Shown piece after piece: positions 62,741-64,000 of a DNA stretch of 64,000 nt. The notes beneath the pieces were generated by a model. It did not search any database. It had not been told where the DNA came from and saw only the letters and a program-made list of their open reading frames with translations. Each line of letters opens with the position of its first letter. Position 1 is the first letter of the stretch. The position numbers and the translations under genes are program-made. Origin of the DNA: Squalus acanthias (taxonomy: Eukaryota). The DNA is taken from NCBI GenBank assembly GCA_030390025.1, contig CM059427.1, forward strand, positions 182,590,001 through 182,654,000. Reading direction: 5' to 3'.

Positions 62741-63467
62741 CCATAGATGGAGCATTTTGTGTGGGTCACAGATTGTTAACAGGTTTATTGGGTACAAAGT
62801 TACTCATGACAGTGTCATGACTTCTGGATTTCGTCCAGTCCAATGATATCACTTGCCGCACATGCACCGGGTTTTCCGAGAATTCAACCAGGTCTAGGGA
62901 GAGGAGAGGGAGAAAGTGGTGCAGATGTATAGGGGTGCGGGTGGGGTTGGAAGAACGTGATCCACATCTAACATCAGGAGGAGAATGTGATCCGTCTTCC
63001 CATCTGAATCACGTTCTCGGTCTCAACCCCCCACCCCCCTCCCTTTAGGCCTGAATCACGTTCTTCCCCATCCCCACTGTTCTCTCTGTGTTCTTCCCCC
63101 CACCCCCCCACCCCAGTTCCTGAACTTCACTCCCTCCCGAGCTCCTGACCTCCTCTCCCCGCTTCGATCTCTTCTCCTCTCCCCCTTTGATCCCCTCTCC
63201 TCTCCCACCCCCCAACTCGCTCTCCTCTCCCCCTCCCACTTCAATTCCCTCTCCCCACGCCCCATCCGATCCCCTGACCTTCCCTACATGGAGCCGAGGA
63301 AAGCATAGCAGGCCGCAGCCATTGTACCGTTGGGCACTGCGCATGTGTGACCGGATTGTGTCCGTGTGCGCAGTACAAAACGGGTGTGCATGCGCAGAGA
63401 GAGTCAAAAAAGTGGTGCAAATAGTCACTCTGAAAAATGGCACCACCGAAGGGCCACTTGAATCAAT

Positions 63468-64000
63468 GGCCCAAAAATTCGGCCCTTCCCGCATGAGTAC
63501 TCAGTGTGTACTCACCCGTATTCCTTCCCGAAATGCCGGTTTCCTGCATGCACTGCGCATGCGTGGGAAACCGGAACTTCCGGTATGGTGAAGGGGGCGG
63601 TTCCTAGGTGAACCGCGTGCGCACTAGAGGCTGCGCGCACGCAGCACACTTAGATTTTTTTTCAGGTTTCTACGCGAGGGTAAGTATTGAAGATACTACG
63701 CTAATAAAAAGGAGGCGTAAGACCCCTTTTGAACAAGGTAAGTGGTTTATTAAGTATAATTTTAAATTTTTTTCAACAGGTTTATCTTTTTTAGATACTT
63801 TAAAGAAAGGTAAGTTTATTTTTATGACTTTTAAAAAGTATTTTAATTTTTTCAAAAATTAAAATTTTTGTTTAAAGTGGTTAATTTATTTAACTATAGT
63901 TATTTTATAAATGTGATGGTTTTTTTAAAAATTTATTTTAAGTTTAGCTGTTCTTTTGGGGCCGATTTCAATTCATAGATTTGACAGGTCTCCTGTCAAA
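63468..64000. mobile_element. Second copy of the 24731-25458 MITE, running off the window end
   Basis: TIR ggcccaaaaatt; colinear with 24731-25230. Confidence 0.85.

Overview
Repeat-dense, essentially non-genic (intronic or intergenic) vertebrate DNA. It is most likely from a cartilaginous fish, inferred from HE1-like V-SINEs, SacSINE1-like Deu-SINEs and abundant CR1/L2 LINEs. The standout feature is an apparently intact autonomous PIF/Harbinger DNA transposon (2497-6892, TTG target-site duplication). It carries two convergent genes: a three-exon Myb/SANT-domain gene (488 aa when spliced) and an uninterrupted 386-aa DDE transposase. About ten non-autonomous or decayed Harbinger relatives lie in the same window, some nested inside each other. 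Penelope-like retroelement pieces carry minimal hammerhead ribozyme motifs of two sequence families. The window also holds a near-intact CR1 ORF2 with a UAAUG stop/start overlap, a Vingi-like LINE 3' end, a probable solo LTR, a 1.2-kb 13-bp minisatellite and weak candidates for host first exons on the minus strand. No host protein-coding gene could be identified. Family names come from recalled consensus features, not database searches.
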